64,000 nt of DNA from Longimicrobiales bacterium. Lineage in GTDB: Bacteria; Gemmatimonadota; Gemmatimonadetes; Longimicrobiales; Gaopeijiaceae. The notes beneath the pieces are model-generated. The model worked only from the letters and a program-made list of their open reading frames with translations, was not told the origin of the DNA and searched no databases. The translations under genes and the position numbers were made by a program. Where the stretch lies: NCBI GenBank assembly GCA_965238005.1, contig OZ250165.1, positions 3,520,001-3,584,000 of the forward strand, read 5' to 3'. This document shows positions 10,239 through 21,237 of this stretch, piece after piece; positions within the stretch are counted from its first letter, which is position 1, and every line of letters begins with the position of its first letter.

Positions 10239-10264
10239 TATCCCCAACCCCCCCAGGGGGAGAT
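10239..10264. promoter_or_regulatory. possible CsoR-type operator (C-tract/G-tract pseudo-palindrome)
   Basis: TATCCCCAACCCCCCCAGGGGGAGAT between the csoR-like gene and merB. Confidence 0.4.
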
Positions 10265-10360
10265 TGGTTCCACCGAAGATCGTACAGATGTGAGGTCAAC
10301 GCAAGGAAGGGAGACCCCACCCCGGGAATGCCCGGTTGGCGCCGCGGGTGGGGTGCCGTG

Positions 10361-10672
10361 TCAGGTCTGCTTCAGCATGGTGGCGAGGACGCGGGTCAGC
10401 CGGTCGATTCTCTCCTCCTGCTCCTGGGGGTCCTCGCATTGGGAGAGACAGGCCTTGAGCTCATCCTCCACCAGAGTGGAAGCAAAGCGGTTGAGTGCAC
10501 CTTTTACGGCCGTCACCTGGAGCAGGATCTCGTCGGCCCAATCACGCTCGTCAACCATCTTGGAGATGGCTCGGACGTGGCCCTCGACTCGAGCCAGACG
10601 GGCCAGGAGAGCCTTCTTGGACTCGTCCGTCAGATAGGGACTGCCCACGTCCGCATTCGTGCTGTCGCTCAA
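10361..10672 (-). CDS. CsoR/RcnR family metal-sensitive transcriptional repressor
   Basis: TTG start after GGAGG; LLARLARVEGHVRAISKMV...ILLQVTAVKGAL. Confidence 0.88.
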   Translation of the reverse strand: MSDSTNADVGSPYLTDESKKALLARLARVEGHVRAISKMVDERDWADEILLQVTAVKGALNRFASTLVEDELKACLSQCEDPQEQEERIDRLTRVLATMLKQT

Positions 10673-11008
10673 GTCTCCGCCTCCGTTCGAATACGCCGCA
10701 CCGCACCGGCCGAGGTCACCCACGGGCCGACGAACGGCTCCGGAGGTTGTCCTCCGGGGCCGGGCGAGCGACGGCACCGGCGGGCCTCCCGTACCCGGGC
10801 CGGTCTTCCCGGAAGCGCCCTGGGCGGCTCCCGGCCTCGCGGGCCCGACAAGGTAGCACCCGGAGCACGGGTGGACACGGGTGCCGTCGGGCCACCGACC
10901 GTACCCCGACAGAAGGAATCCCCTCGTTCGTTTCGTCGGTGATGGACCGAGCGAGATGGGCTCAGATGACGGCCGGCCTCTCCTTCGCGGTCGGTGGATG
11001 ATGGGGAA

Positions 11009-11037
11009 GCGGGGTGGCGGAACGGCCGCCACCCCGC
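11009..11037 (-). terminator. GC hairpin after the lipoprotein gene
   Basis: GCGGGGTGGCGG-AACGG-CCGCCACCCCGC, perfect 12-bp stem 7 bp past the stop; weak U-tract. Confidence 0.55.
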
Positions 11038-11044
11038 GGTGCCC

Positions 11045-11959
11045 CTAACGGATGCTCGCGGCACCCGTGGGCAGTGAGCCGAGGTTGCTCCCCAGGGAAT
11101 ACGTCGTGTGGTCCACGGCGCTCGCCGGTATCATGCCCACCAGGGGCTTGAGGGTGAACGGCGTGCTGGCGTCGTCGGGATCCGGCTCGATGGAGATGAC
11201 CGCAGTGCCCCCCGCGAGATCCGTGGGGAAAGCAAGACCTGCCGGAGCGTTGACGAGGTAGTCCTCACCGGGGAACGGGGGACCATCCATCGTTCCGCTG
11301 AACGGGGCACCATCGTCGACCATGTCCACCGCGGTGAAGGTACCGGACGTCACCGGAGTACCACCCATCACCGCCCATCCCTCGTACTTCCACCCCGCTG
11401 GTAGCGTGGGAAGCGTCAGGCCCGCTGCCGGCGCTCCGGAAGCCAGACTCAGAAACCAGATCCCGCTGTTCTCGTCGTTGTCCGCCCCGTTGGTCGGGGT
11501 CGCGAGAATGTAGTCGCCGGCCGCGCCGGCGAAGTCGTTCCCGAGGGCCGCGGCATGTCCCACGGAGAGGGTCGCGAACTGGTTGGACACGCTTCCTGCC
11601 GCGATGTGGGTGTCCGCCGGGACGGCATCCGTGTCACCGGCGGGCTCGATAGTCAGGACGATGGCGGTGGCGGTGGACAGGTCCATCCCCGTCGAGAAGG
11701 TGCTGCCGGGGATGCTCGCGCCCGAAATGGTCACGAGTCCGCCGTCCGCATCGATGTTGAACTTCCCGGTAGAGACCGGCGCTCCCCCGATGATCGCCCA
11801 GCCCTCGTAGTGGAAGCCGTTCATCAACTGCTCGAATCCCGTCAACGTCAGCTGGAGGTTCTCCATCAACGGCACCATGGGATCGTCGTCGTCGTCGCTG
11901 CAGGCCGCGCCCATGAATACCGTAAGCGCCAGGGCGGCCACCAAGGTGGATCTCTTCAT
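11045..11959 (-). CDS. secreted lipoprotein with duplicated YEGW...(S)TIEP domain (often labelled anti-sigma-factor-like)
   Basis: lipobox GAAC followed by SDDDDD; two repeats YEGWA...STG.F...TIEP/SIEP. Confidence 0.75.
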   Translation of the reverse strand: MKRSTLVAALALTVFMGAACSDDDDDPMVPLMENLQLTLTGFEQLMNGFHYEGWAIIGGAPVSTGKFNIDADGGLVTISGASIPGSTFSTGMDLSTATAIVLTIEPAGDTDAVPADTHIAAGSVSNQFATLSVGHAAALGNDFAGAAGDYILATPTNGADNDENSGIWFLSLASGAPAAGLTLPTLPAGWKYEGWAVMGGTPVTSGTFTAVDMVDDGAPFSGTMDGPPFPGEDYLVNAPAGLAFPTDLAGGTAVISIEPDPDDASTPFTLKPLVGMIPASAVDHTTYSLGSNLGSLPTGAASIR

Positions 11960-12046
11960 TGCTTTCTCTCCTCGTTCGGATGTGAATCACCGGAATGACG
12001 GCCCCTTGGGTGTCCGTGGGCCGTCCGTCCACGGCAGATCCGGACT

Positions 12047-12062
12047 TGCATGAGGCGTGCGA
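12047..12062 (-). promoter_or_regulatory. degenerate sigma54 promoter for the lipoprotein gene
   Basis: minus strand TCGCACGCCTCATGCA (-24 GG reads CG); inverted repeats at about 12150-12200 could be enhancer sites. Confidence 0.35.
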
Positions 12063-12374
12063 GGGATCCTGGCGGACGCGGGTACGGCTCTTCGGGAAGG
12101 CAGGCGGCCGTTTTTCCGCGGGTCGCGCCTCTCGGGCGGATGCTGCCTCCACGTTCCACGGAACACCGGGGCCGCGTTTCATGCCCTGCCTTTGAAACGG
12201 ACGCCTCCCGCCCCAGGGCCCGGAAAAGCCCGCAATCCGGACCTTTGGACGGAGGGAACGGTTTGTGCATGAGGGGCACGACATCATTCGAAGCACCAAA
12301 GTGCGGCCTTGGCGGTACCTGGATCATCCATTAGCGTGAATCCGCGCCGGAGAGCCGGCCGAAGGAGTAGATTC

Positions 12375-14131
12375 GTGACGCTACAGCGCTCACTCATGGC
12401 CCTTGTGGCCATCGCCCTCTTCGCAGGACTCATGCCTCTGGCCGTGGTCCTCGACCAACGTCTCGAGACGGCGCTCGAGCAGAAGGCTCGCGACGATCTG
12501 GAGCTGGCTCCGCTCGTCCTGGAGAGCCGCGTCCGGGATCTGGCCGGAGGCCGGATGATGCACGCCAAGGAGCTGAGTGGAACGCCCGGCCTCGCCGCCG
12601 CCCTGGCGACCGGCGATCACGAGCGCGGCGAGAGCCTGCTCGCTGCCGCCCCGGGTTATCCGGGTGAGCGTCCCCTCTTGGTAGGTCCTGGGGGCGAATC
12701 CGTGATGGGGCCGCTGCCGCCGACCGCGCTCTTGGATCAGACGCGGGACGGGGGCATGCCCGTCCAGGTGATCCTCCTCGACGACAGCCTCCTCGCAACG
12801 GTTGCCATCGCCCCGATCATGTATGACGGCAGTTGGGTCGGCTCCGCCGGCATCTGGGCCCCCGTCGACATGGACGAGTCCGCCCACCTGGCCGCCCTGA
12901 CTCGGACCAACGTCCTGATCTCCTTCGGCGACGGAACGTTGGGCCCGTACTCGGGCCAGGGTGAAGCGGCCATGGGCCTCCAGGCCACGCTGATGGATCG
13001 AGGATCGCCGGAGGGTCAGGTCGTCGAGCTGGAGTGGGAGGGCGATCGGTACCTCCTGCGCACCGCCCTCATGGATGATGCCCGGGTGACGTTCGTGAGG
13101 AACCTGAACGACGAGATGGCCATCGTCCCCGAGCTTCGGCGGGCGGGCCTGATGTTGTTGATGGCCACCCTCGCGTTCGCCCTGGTAGTGGGTGGAGCGT
13201 TCGCCTCCCGGCTCGCGAGGCCCATCGGAGCCCTGGCGTCTGCCGCGGATCGGCTCGCTGCGGGCGACTTCGACACGCCGGTGCCCGGCTCCGCGATTCG
13301 GGAAGTCGAGCAGGTCCGAGAGGCCTTCAACGTCATGCGGATCGCCCTGGCGGAGCGCATGCAAAAGCTTCAAGAGGCGAACCGAGAGCTCGCCGACGGT
13401 CAGGCTCGGCTCGGCGCGCTCCAGGCCGAGCTGATCCAGCGGGACCGGCTGGCCGCAGCCGGACGGCTTCTCACGACGCTGGCCCACGAGATACGCAATC
13501 CGGTGGCGAACGTGCGCAACTGTCTGGAGATCCTCCGCCGCCGCGTCTACACCGATTCGGAGGCCCGGGAGTTCGCCGACATGGCCATCGACGAGCTTCT
13601 GCGCATGCACGAGCTGGCCGAGCAGATGCTGGACCTGCACCGGCCGCGCGATCCCACCGAGACCGAATGCGACGCCGGAACGGTGGCGCAGGAAGTAGCC
13701 TCACTGATGCGGGTCGGACTGAGAGACCAGGAGATAGCTGTGTCGGTGACGGCCGAGGGATCCGCCGAAGCGGCCCTGCCACCCGACACGCTAAAGCAGA
13801 TCCTCCTGAACGTGACACAGAACGCCTGCGAAGCGATCCGAGCAGCCGGTGACGTTCATCTGGACGTGCATCGCGAAGCCCAGGCGGTGGTGGTGGAGGT
13901 GCAGGATACCGGGCCCGGAATCCAGTCCGAGGTCCTGCCCCGCATCTTCGATCCGTTTTTCACTACCAAGGCGTCGGTGGACGGGGTTGGTCTCGGCCTG
14001 TTCACGGCGGAGGGCCTCCTGCGGGGCGGCGGCGGTCGCATGACCGCCCGCAACCGCGACGACGGCACGGGAGCGATCTTCCGGATCGAGCTTCCTGCGG
14101 CTCCCGTCGAGCAGGAAGAGGCAATGGCCTG

Positions 14132-14132
<1 letters not shown>
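12375..14132 (+). CDS. HAMP-domain sensor histidine kinase
   Basis: AGGAG RBS plus GTG; 2 TM; LAHEIRNP H-box; DTGPGI, FDPFFTTK, GVGLGL. Confidence 0.93.
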
Positions 14133-15496
<1,364 letters not shown>

Positions 15497-15566
15497 CCGG
15501 CGAGGAGTCCCACCGCCGAAATCGAGGAACGGGCGGAGGTGGCCGTGGCCTACGAGGAGGTCAGCC

Positions 15567-16364
15567 CTACCGCGGGAAGAGCCCCGACAGGCCCAACGTG
15601 AACCCGAAATCCGGGGCCTGGTCCGTGACGCCCACGGCAGCCGCCGCGTCCAGTTGCCATCGCGGGTTCAGCAGAAAGGTGCCCCCGAAGTCGACGAAAC
15701 CGACGTTGCCGCCGTACTGGTCTTCCGCGATCTGTTCGAAGGCGATTTCGACGAAGGCTCGGAGCGAGTCGGTGAGCCCCTTCCCGACCACCGCACCGAA
15801 GATGCCCGACACGAAGCGCCGGCCGTCATCGCGATCGTAGAGGATCCCAGGCATGATCCCGATCCCCCAATCGCGCTCCAGCGCCCATTCCGCCACGAAC
15901 CGAAGCGACGGCCGCGTTCCGTTGCCGCGGAAATCGTCGGACCCGGTGGGCAGGTCGGCGTGAACCAGGACGGCCATAGCAGGCGCGCTGCCCGTCTCAG
16001 GAGCGAAGAACGCCCACTTCACACCGACCGCGAAGTCGGAGACGCCTTTGGTCGTGAGCTCGGGGGATTCCTCCCCCTCCTCGAGTGTGCTTCGGATGAA
16101 CCAGTCCGACTCCAGGCGCAGCTCCCAGGCGTCGGCGATACCCACCCGGAAGAGGAAGGGAGTGGCCCAGTTCTCGACCTCCGTCCCGAGAATCTCCGTT
16201 TCGTCGAACGCGACGGAGCCTTCGACCTGGACGCTGCCCTTACCCACTGTCGAGCTGGACTCGACGAAGTCGGGCCGATCGGTCCCGATGGACTGGGAGA
16301 GGACCATCCCCGGGACAACCGCTGGTGTCAGTGTAATGAGAACGGTGGTGCGAAGGCGAAACAT
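15567..16364 (-). CDS. outer-membrane beta-barrel 'transporter' (Phenol_MetA_deg-like)
   Basis: signal peptide; TDRPDFVESS.TV..G..QVE; alternating beta strands; WQLD. Confidence 0.8.
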   Translation of the reverse strand: MFRLRTTVLITLTPAVVPGMVLSQSIGTDRPDFVESSSTVGKGSVQVEGSVAFDETEILGTEVENWATPFLFRVGIADAWELRLESDWFIRSTLEEGEESPELTTKGVSDFAVGVKWAFFAPETGSAPAMAVLVHADLPTGSDDFRGNGTRPSLRFVAEWALERDWGIGIMPGILYDRDDGRRFVSGIFGAVVGKGLTDSLRAFVEIAFEQIAEDQYGGNVGFVDFGGTFLLNPRWQLDAAAAVGVTDQAPDFGFTLGLSGLFPR

Positions 16365-16387
16365 GGCGACCCCAAGTGGCGAGTAAA

Positions 16388-16403
16388 TTTAGGCTAGCCT
16401 AAA
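16388..16403. promoter_or_regulatory. DtxR/MntR-family operator
   Basis: perfect 16-bp palindrome TTTAGGCTAGCCTAAA in an AT-rich patch 24 bp upstream of the barrel start. Confidence 0.7.
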
Positions 16404-16511
16404 AATACCTAGAATCACCGATTTGCCAAGGGCCGTGGGGTTAGCCGCCCGCCATCCGGGCGCTTCCAGGGTGGGCCCGCGCGCCCCCGGGGCTCGGCCC
16501 GAAGCGGATCG

Positions 16512-17366
16512 CTACTCCGAGACCTCGCCGCCCTCGGGCTCCGGTTCCCCACTGGCGGCTCGTCCCCCGTAGACCTCGGGCACCCAGTTCATGCTTTCGA
16601 GCAGTGGGCGACGGTAGTTGGGATCCCGTTGGAGGTCGGGAAGCTCGATGGGATCCTCCGGGAGATCCTGATACGGAATCGTTTCCAGGAGGTGGTGGAT
16701 GCAATTCAGCCGCGCGTGACGCTTCACATCGGCTTTCACCACGTACCAGGGGGCCACGTCGATATCCGTATAGGTGAACATGGCGTCCTTGGCTCGGGAG
16801 TAGTCCGTCCACCGGGCGCGTGAAGCCACGTCCACAGGGCCGATCTTCCAACGCTTCCGCGGATCGTCGATGCGACCGCGGAGCCGCCGCTCCTGCTCCT
16901 CGGCGCTGATGGCGAACCAGTACTTGATGAGAATCATCCCCGAATTCACGAGCATTCTCTCGAAGTCCGGACAGGACCGAAGAAACTCCCGGTACTCGTC
17001 GTCGGTGCAGAACCCCATCACGCGCTCCACCCCCACCCGGTTGTACCAGCTCCTATCGAACAGGACCATCTCTCCGGCGCCAGGCAGATGGGGCGCGTAC
17101 CGCTGGAAGTACCACTGGCTCTTCTCGCGCTCCGTGGGGATGCCCAGTGCCACGACCTTCACGACGCGAGCGTTCAGCCGCTGGGTGATCCGCTTGATGA
17201 CTCCGCCCTTACCGGCGGCGTCGCGGCCCTCGAAGATGATGGCCACCCTCATCCCCGTGTGCTTGATCCAGTCTTGAAGGCTCACGAGCTCTTCCTGCAG
17301 CCTGAGGAGCTCGTTCTCGTAGTACTTCTTTTCGACTCGCCCGTCCGGCCTGTATCGCTCCGTCAT
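16512..17366 (-). CDS. ppk2: polyphosphate kinase 2
   Basis: FEGRDAAGKGG, WYFQRY, FDRSWYNR.GVERVMGFC. Confidence 0.95.
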   Translation of the reverse strand: MTERYRPDGRVEKKYYENELLRLQEELVSLQDWIKHTGMRVAIIFEGRDAAGKGGVIKRITQRLNARVVKVVALGIPTEREKSQWYFQRYAPHLPGAGEMVLFDRSWYNRVGVERVMGFCTDDEYREFLRSCPDFERMLVNSGMILIKYWFAISAEEQERRLRGRIDDPRKRWKIGPVDVASRARWTDYSRAKDAMFTYTDIDVAPWYVVKADVKRHARLNCIHHLLETIPYQDLPEDPIELPDLQRDPNYRRPLLESMNWVPEVYGGRAASGEPEPEGGEVSE

Positions 17367-17483
17367 TGTGTGCCTCTCCGATGAGATCGCATCGGTAGGG
17401 AGACTCGCGCCTCAAATACGCGGACTACTACTTCGGAGGCAACCACGCGGATCGACCAGGTGGAGGAGCTGCGGCCGGAGTGG

Positions 17484-18635
17484 CTACCTCCTGGCGTGCC
17501 AGGCCGCCAGGACTTCCGCTTCCCGCTCGGCCGAGATGCCGGCCCGAAGTCGAGCCTGGCGCTCTGGTGGCCGGGAGAAGTGATAGTCGAGCGTGTCCCT
17601 GGCTGTGATCGCCAGGGGCCGGAACGTCAGCCCGGCCTCCACCTCAGCCGAGAGATCGAAACGGGCGAAGCCTTGTCGCCCCTCGATGGGAGGCATCCAA
17701 ACGGGCATGTGGGAGTAGGGGCGGATGCCGATCTCGGTGAGGAACTCGTAGTTCACCCACGTGAACGTCGTCTCGGCCGTTGTGACAGCGCGGATCCCGT
17801 AGAGAAGCTCCGAAATGGGACGAGGCGTGGCCGGGCCCACCCCGTTGAACACGCCGGTGTGGCCCGTCTCCGCCATGCGGATCATCCACTCGGTCAGGTC
17901 CCGGACGTCGATGATCTGCACGGGATCGGACGGATCGCCGGGTGAGAGCACCTGCCCGCCCCGATGGATGCGAACCGGCCAATAGGTGAACCGGTCGCTC
18001 TCGTCCCCGGGGCCGATGATGAGGCCGGGCCGCACGATGTTCGTACGCCCCAAGAAGATCCGTTGTGCCTCTCGCTCCGAGAGCGCCTTGGCGAGCCCGT
18101 ACGGCAGTCGTTCGGCGCCGCGGGCCACGCCGGCGGTCTCGTAGGTGAATGTCGGAGCAGCGGCCGTCATGGGGATCCGGCGCGTGTCGGCGTACGCGGA
18201 TCGAGACGAAACGTAGAAGTAGCGATCCACCGAATCCTTTAGCAGCTCGGCGGACATGCGCACCCAGCCGGGGTTGGACCGCGAGTTGTCGATCACCACG
18301 TCCCAGCTCCGCCCCCTGAGGGCATCCAACTGTCCGTTCCGGTCCCCGATGAGCTTCTCGACCTCCGGAAAGAGGTCCCGGTTGGTGCGACCGCGGTTGA
18401 AGAGCGTGACCGTATGGCCCCGCTCCAGCGCGTACCGGACCTGAAAGGGGCCGATGAACCCGGTGCCGCCGAGGATCAAGATCCGAAGGGCTGTCCGGGA
18501 GTCCCGCTGCGGCGGCAGCGGTTGGTGCAGCGGGGTAGCTGTCGTCGCCCCGATCAGGCTTGGTGTGATTCCCAGGCCAAAGGCCCCACCGGCCACTGCA
18601 GAGAGTCGCAGAAAATCTCTTCGATCGGTCGTCAT
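17484..18635 (-). CDS. Tat-exported NAD-dependent epimerase/dehydratase family protein
   Basis: DRRDFL Tat motif; ILGGTGFIG; YGLAK; RPGLI.GP. Confidence 0.88.
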   Translation of the reverse strand: MTTDRRDFLRLSAVAGGAFGLGITPSLIGATTATPLHQPLPPQRDSRTALRILILGGTGFIGPFQVRYALERGHTVTLFNRGRTNRDLFPEVEKLIGDRNGQLDALRGRSWDVVIDNSRSNPGWVRMSAELLKDSVDRYFYVSSRSAYADTRRIPMTAAAPTFTYETAGVARGAERLPYGLAKALSEREAQRIFLGRTNIVRPGLIIGPGDESDRFTYWPVRIHRGGQVLSPGDPSDPVQIIDVRDLTEWMIRMAETGHTGVFNGVGPATPRPISELLYGIRAVTTAETTFTWVNYEFLTEIGIRPYSHMPVWMPPIEGRQGFARFDLSAEVEAGLTFRPLAITARDTLDYHFSRPPERQARLRAGISAEREAEVLAAWHARR

Positions 18636-18819
18636 GGATTCCCTCCGGGTAGACGCTCGCTCGTCTCTGGTGCTCGCGACCTACAACCTGCGGCGGGCGG
18701 GACCTCCAATTCAAGCTCCGGCGGGTTGCGGCATCGTCCACCAACCCCCTAGCATCGGTCTGCACGTCACACCGAAGAGCGGGACATGCAGATGGCCTAC
18801 CACGATATGGGAGTAGATC

Positions 18820-19905
18820 ATGAGTAGTGAGCGATCGGGGATCGATCGGCGGGATTTCTTCCGCCACAGCGTGGGGATAGGGGCGGGGGCCATGGCTCTC
18901 GGCCGCCTGCCCGAGGGTCTCGCCCGCCCGAGGAGCGGGGCCGCCGGCACCCCCCTCATCATCACGAGCCACTCCAACGAGACGGGACAGGAAGCCATGC
19001 GTCAGGCATGGGAGATCTTGAACGGCGGCGGCACGGCCCTCGATGCCGTGGAGCGCGGCGCCAACGTCATCGAGGTGGATCCGGAGGACTCGAGCGTCGG
19101 CTATGGTGGTCTTCCGAACGAGGACGGAGTCGTCCAGCTCGACGCGTCCATCATGGATGGCAAGACCTACAGCGCCGGCTCCGTAGCTTCTCTGGAGAAC
19201 ATTAAGACGCCCGCCTCGGTGGCTCGCCTCGTCATGGAGCGCACAGACCACATCATGCTCGTCGGCGAAGGTGCTTTGGAGTTCGCCCGTTCATTCGGGT
19301 TCGAGGAGGTGGACCTCATGACCGAGAAGTCGCGGGAGCGGTGGCTCCGCTGGCGGGAGAACCACAGCGACCGGGACGACTGGGGACCGCCCGACCACCT
19401 CCGACGGCCCATCGGAGAGGAGATGGGGAGCTGGGAAGAGAAGGTCGACTTCCACTACGGCACGACCAACGTCCTGGCCGTGGACTCGAACGGAGACGTC
19501 TCCGGCATCACGACTACGAGCGGGCTGAGCTGGAAGGTCGATGGACGCATCGGCGACTCCCCCGTCATCGGGGCCGGTCTGTACGTCGACAATGACATCG
19601 GGGCCGCAGGCGCCACCGGTCGTGGCGAGGACGTCATCAAGTGCTGCGCTTCGTACTACATCGTCATGCGCATGGGCCAGGGATGCTCGCCCGAGCAGGC
19701 GTGCGAAGACGCGTGCGAGCTCATCGTACACAAATACCGGAACGTGAACCCGAGCTTCTTCCCGTCGGAGAAGTTCGTTGCCATCAACAGGGACGGGGAG
19801 TACGGCGCAGCCTCGATGGGCAATAACCGGGGCCGTCCCAAGATGACCGTGCGGCACCCGCAGGGGCAGGAGATCTACGAGGGCAGTACGCACTACACCG
19901 GGTGA
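18820..19905 (+). CDS. N(4)-(beta-N-acetylglucosaminyl)-L-asparaginase (Ntn hydrolase), Tat signal
   Basis: DRRDFF; SVGYGGLP, LDASIMDG, GTT nucleophile, GRIGDSP.IGAG, ATGRGE. Confidence 0.9.
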   Translation: MSSERSGIDRRDFFRHSVGIGAGAMALGRLPEGLARPRSGAAGTPLIITSHSNETGQEAMRQAWEILNGGGTALDAVERGANVIEVDPEDSSVGYGGLPNEDGVVQLDASIMDGKTYSAGSVASLENIKTPASVARLVMERTDHIMLVGEGALEFARSFGFEEVDLMTEKSRERWLRWRENHSDRDDWGPPDHLRRPIGEEMGSWEEKVDFHYGTTNVLAVDSNGDVSGITTTSGLSWKVDGRIGDSPVIGAGLYVDNDIGAAGATGRGEDVIKCCASYYIVMRMGQGCSPEQACEDACELIVHKYRNVNPSFFPSEKFVAINRDGEYGAASMGNNRGRPKMTVRHPQGQEIYEGSTHYTG

Positions 19906-19914
19906 CGGCACGCG

Positions 19915-20202
19915 TTGGAGATCGAGATCCTACCGGGTATCGCCAGGAAGGAGATCCCTGGCTACCGGGGAGCGGGAGCACACCTCGTGCGCCGCACGCT
20001 CGACCAGGAGGTCGAGTTCATCACCCTCCTCTGGTTCGACTCGCTCGACTCGGTACCGTCCTTCATGGGGGAGGACTACGAGGTTGCCCGCGTTCCGGAC
20101 GCGGCCAGGGCGGTCCTGGCCCGTTTCCGGTTCCGTTGTCGAAGTTCGCGAGCCACCAAGAGGGTCGGGGCACCGTGGGATCAAGGTCTCGGTGCCGTAT
20201 AG
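19915..20202 (+). pseudogene. ABM-like (antibiotic biosynthesis monooxygenase) fragment, truncated
   Basis: IPGYRG...RR....VEFITLLWFDSLD.V..F.GEDYEVA.VP..AR.VL.RF; N-terminal MIAR.W missing. Confidence 0.65.
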
Positions 20203-21023
20203 TCGAACTCCACCTCGGATGACTCCCCGGCGCCCAGCGTCAGGCTCTGCTCCCGGCTCCCCAGGAAGGGGTGCCAGATCTTGAGGGTGAATTCCCCCGG
20301 GGGAATGTCGTCGATCTCGAAGGTGCCGTCTTCCCCGGTGACAACGGCGTAGGGGCTGTCCGCCGCGAAGATCCACCCCTGCATGAAGTCGTGGGCATCA
20401 CACTCGAGCCTGATCTGATTCCCTCTCCGAGGCCGAACCGCCTGGGTGATAACCTCCTTTTCCGGGGGCTGGCCCAGGTTGAACAGTGTCCGGCCGCGAT
20501 CTCCGATCCGCTCCCAGGCGTGGATGTTGTGAAGCACTGGGTCGCTGTTCACGATGTCGATGTCGGCCCAACGGGGCATGACCAGCATGTTCGGCTGGAA
20601 AATACAGTCTCTTTGGTCCACCATGTGGCGCCGGTCGCTGTCGGGCCACGCCTTCCCCTCCGTGACTCCCTCGATGAAAACGACGGCGCCCTGAAGCTCT
20701 CCGGCCTCGCCGACGACCACGTCGTGGCGCTCGCGGTAGCCGAAGCCGCACACCTCTTCGTCCTTCGTGACCAGGAGCCTCCTGGCCGGCGGCACCTCCC
20801 CGTTGAATACGGCCCGACCGGAGAGGGTGGCCCCGTCGGTCACCGACACGACCTCGTAGTCGCTCTGGGCCGCCACAGCCCCGGGATCGTGGGCGACGGC
20901 CAACAGTGAGAGGGACAACCCACATGCGACCCCCCGGCTGCCGGCCAGGCTCACGAGATGTTTGATGACGCGCTTCGCAACCGCGCCGTCGTGGTGAATG
21001 GGCAATCTATCCATCGGCACCAT
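20181..21023 (-). CDS. exported cupredoxin-like protein with carboxypeptidase-regulatory-like domain
   Basis: DQRDC.FQP, NSDPVLHNIH, CDAHDFM (His/Cys/His/Met), G.F.IDDIPPG.FTL.IWH. Confidence 0.75.
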   Translation of the reverse strand: MVPMDRLPIHHDGAVAKRVIKHLVSLAGSRGVACGLSLSLLAVAHDPGAVAAQSDYEVVSVTDGATLSGRAVFNGEVPPARRLLVTKDEEVCGFGYRERHDVVVGEAGELQGAVVFIEGVTEGKAWPDSDRRHMVDQRDCIFQPNMLVMPRWADIDIVNSDPVLHNIHAWERIGDRGRTLFNLGQPPEKEVITQAVRPRRGNQIRLECDAHDFMQGWIFAADSPYAVVTGEDGTFEIDDIPPGEFTLKIWHPFLGSREQSLTLGAGESSEVEFDYTAPRP

Positions 21024-21237
21024 GGACTCTCTTCGTTCGGTCGGGTGATGCCGTCAGGGACCGAGGATCGCCGCACGCCAAATGGGTTCGGCACGACATG
21101 CTCCCCCGGCGCCACTCCGGTGTACACCAAGATATCGCTGATCTTGGACGGAAAGTTCCAAAACGATTGAGGTTCGTCGCGAGCGAGTCGGAAGGCGCCG
21201 TCCTCATGATTTCGCCCGTTTTCTCTGGAGAAGTGAA

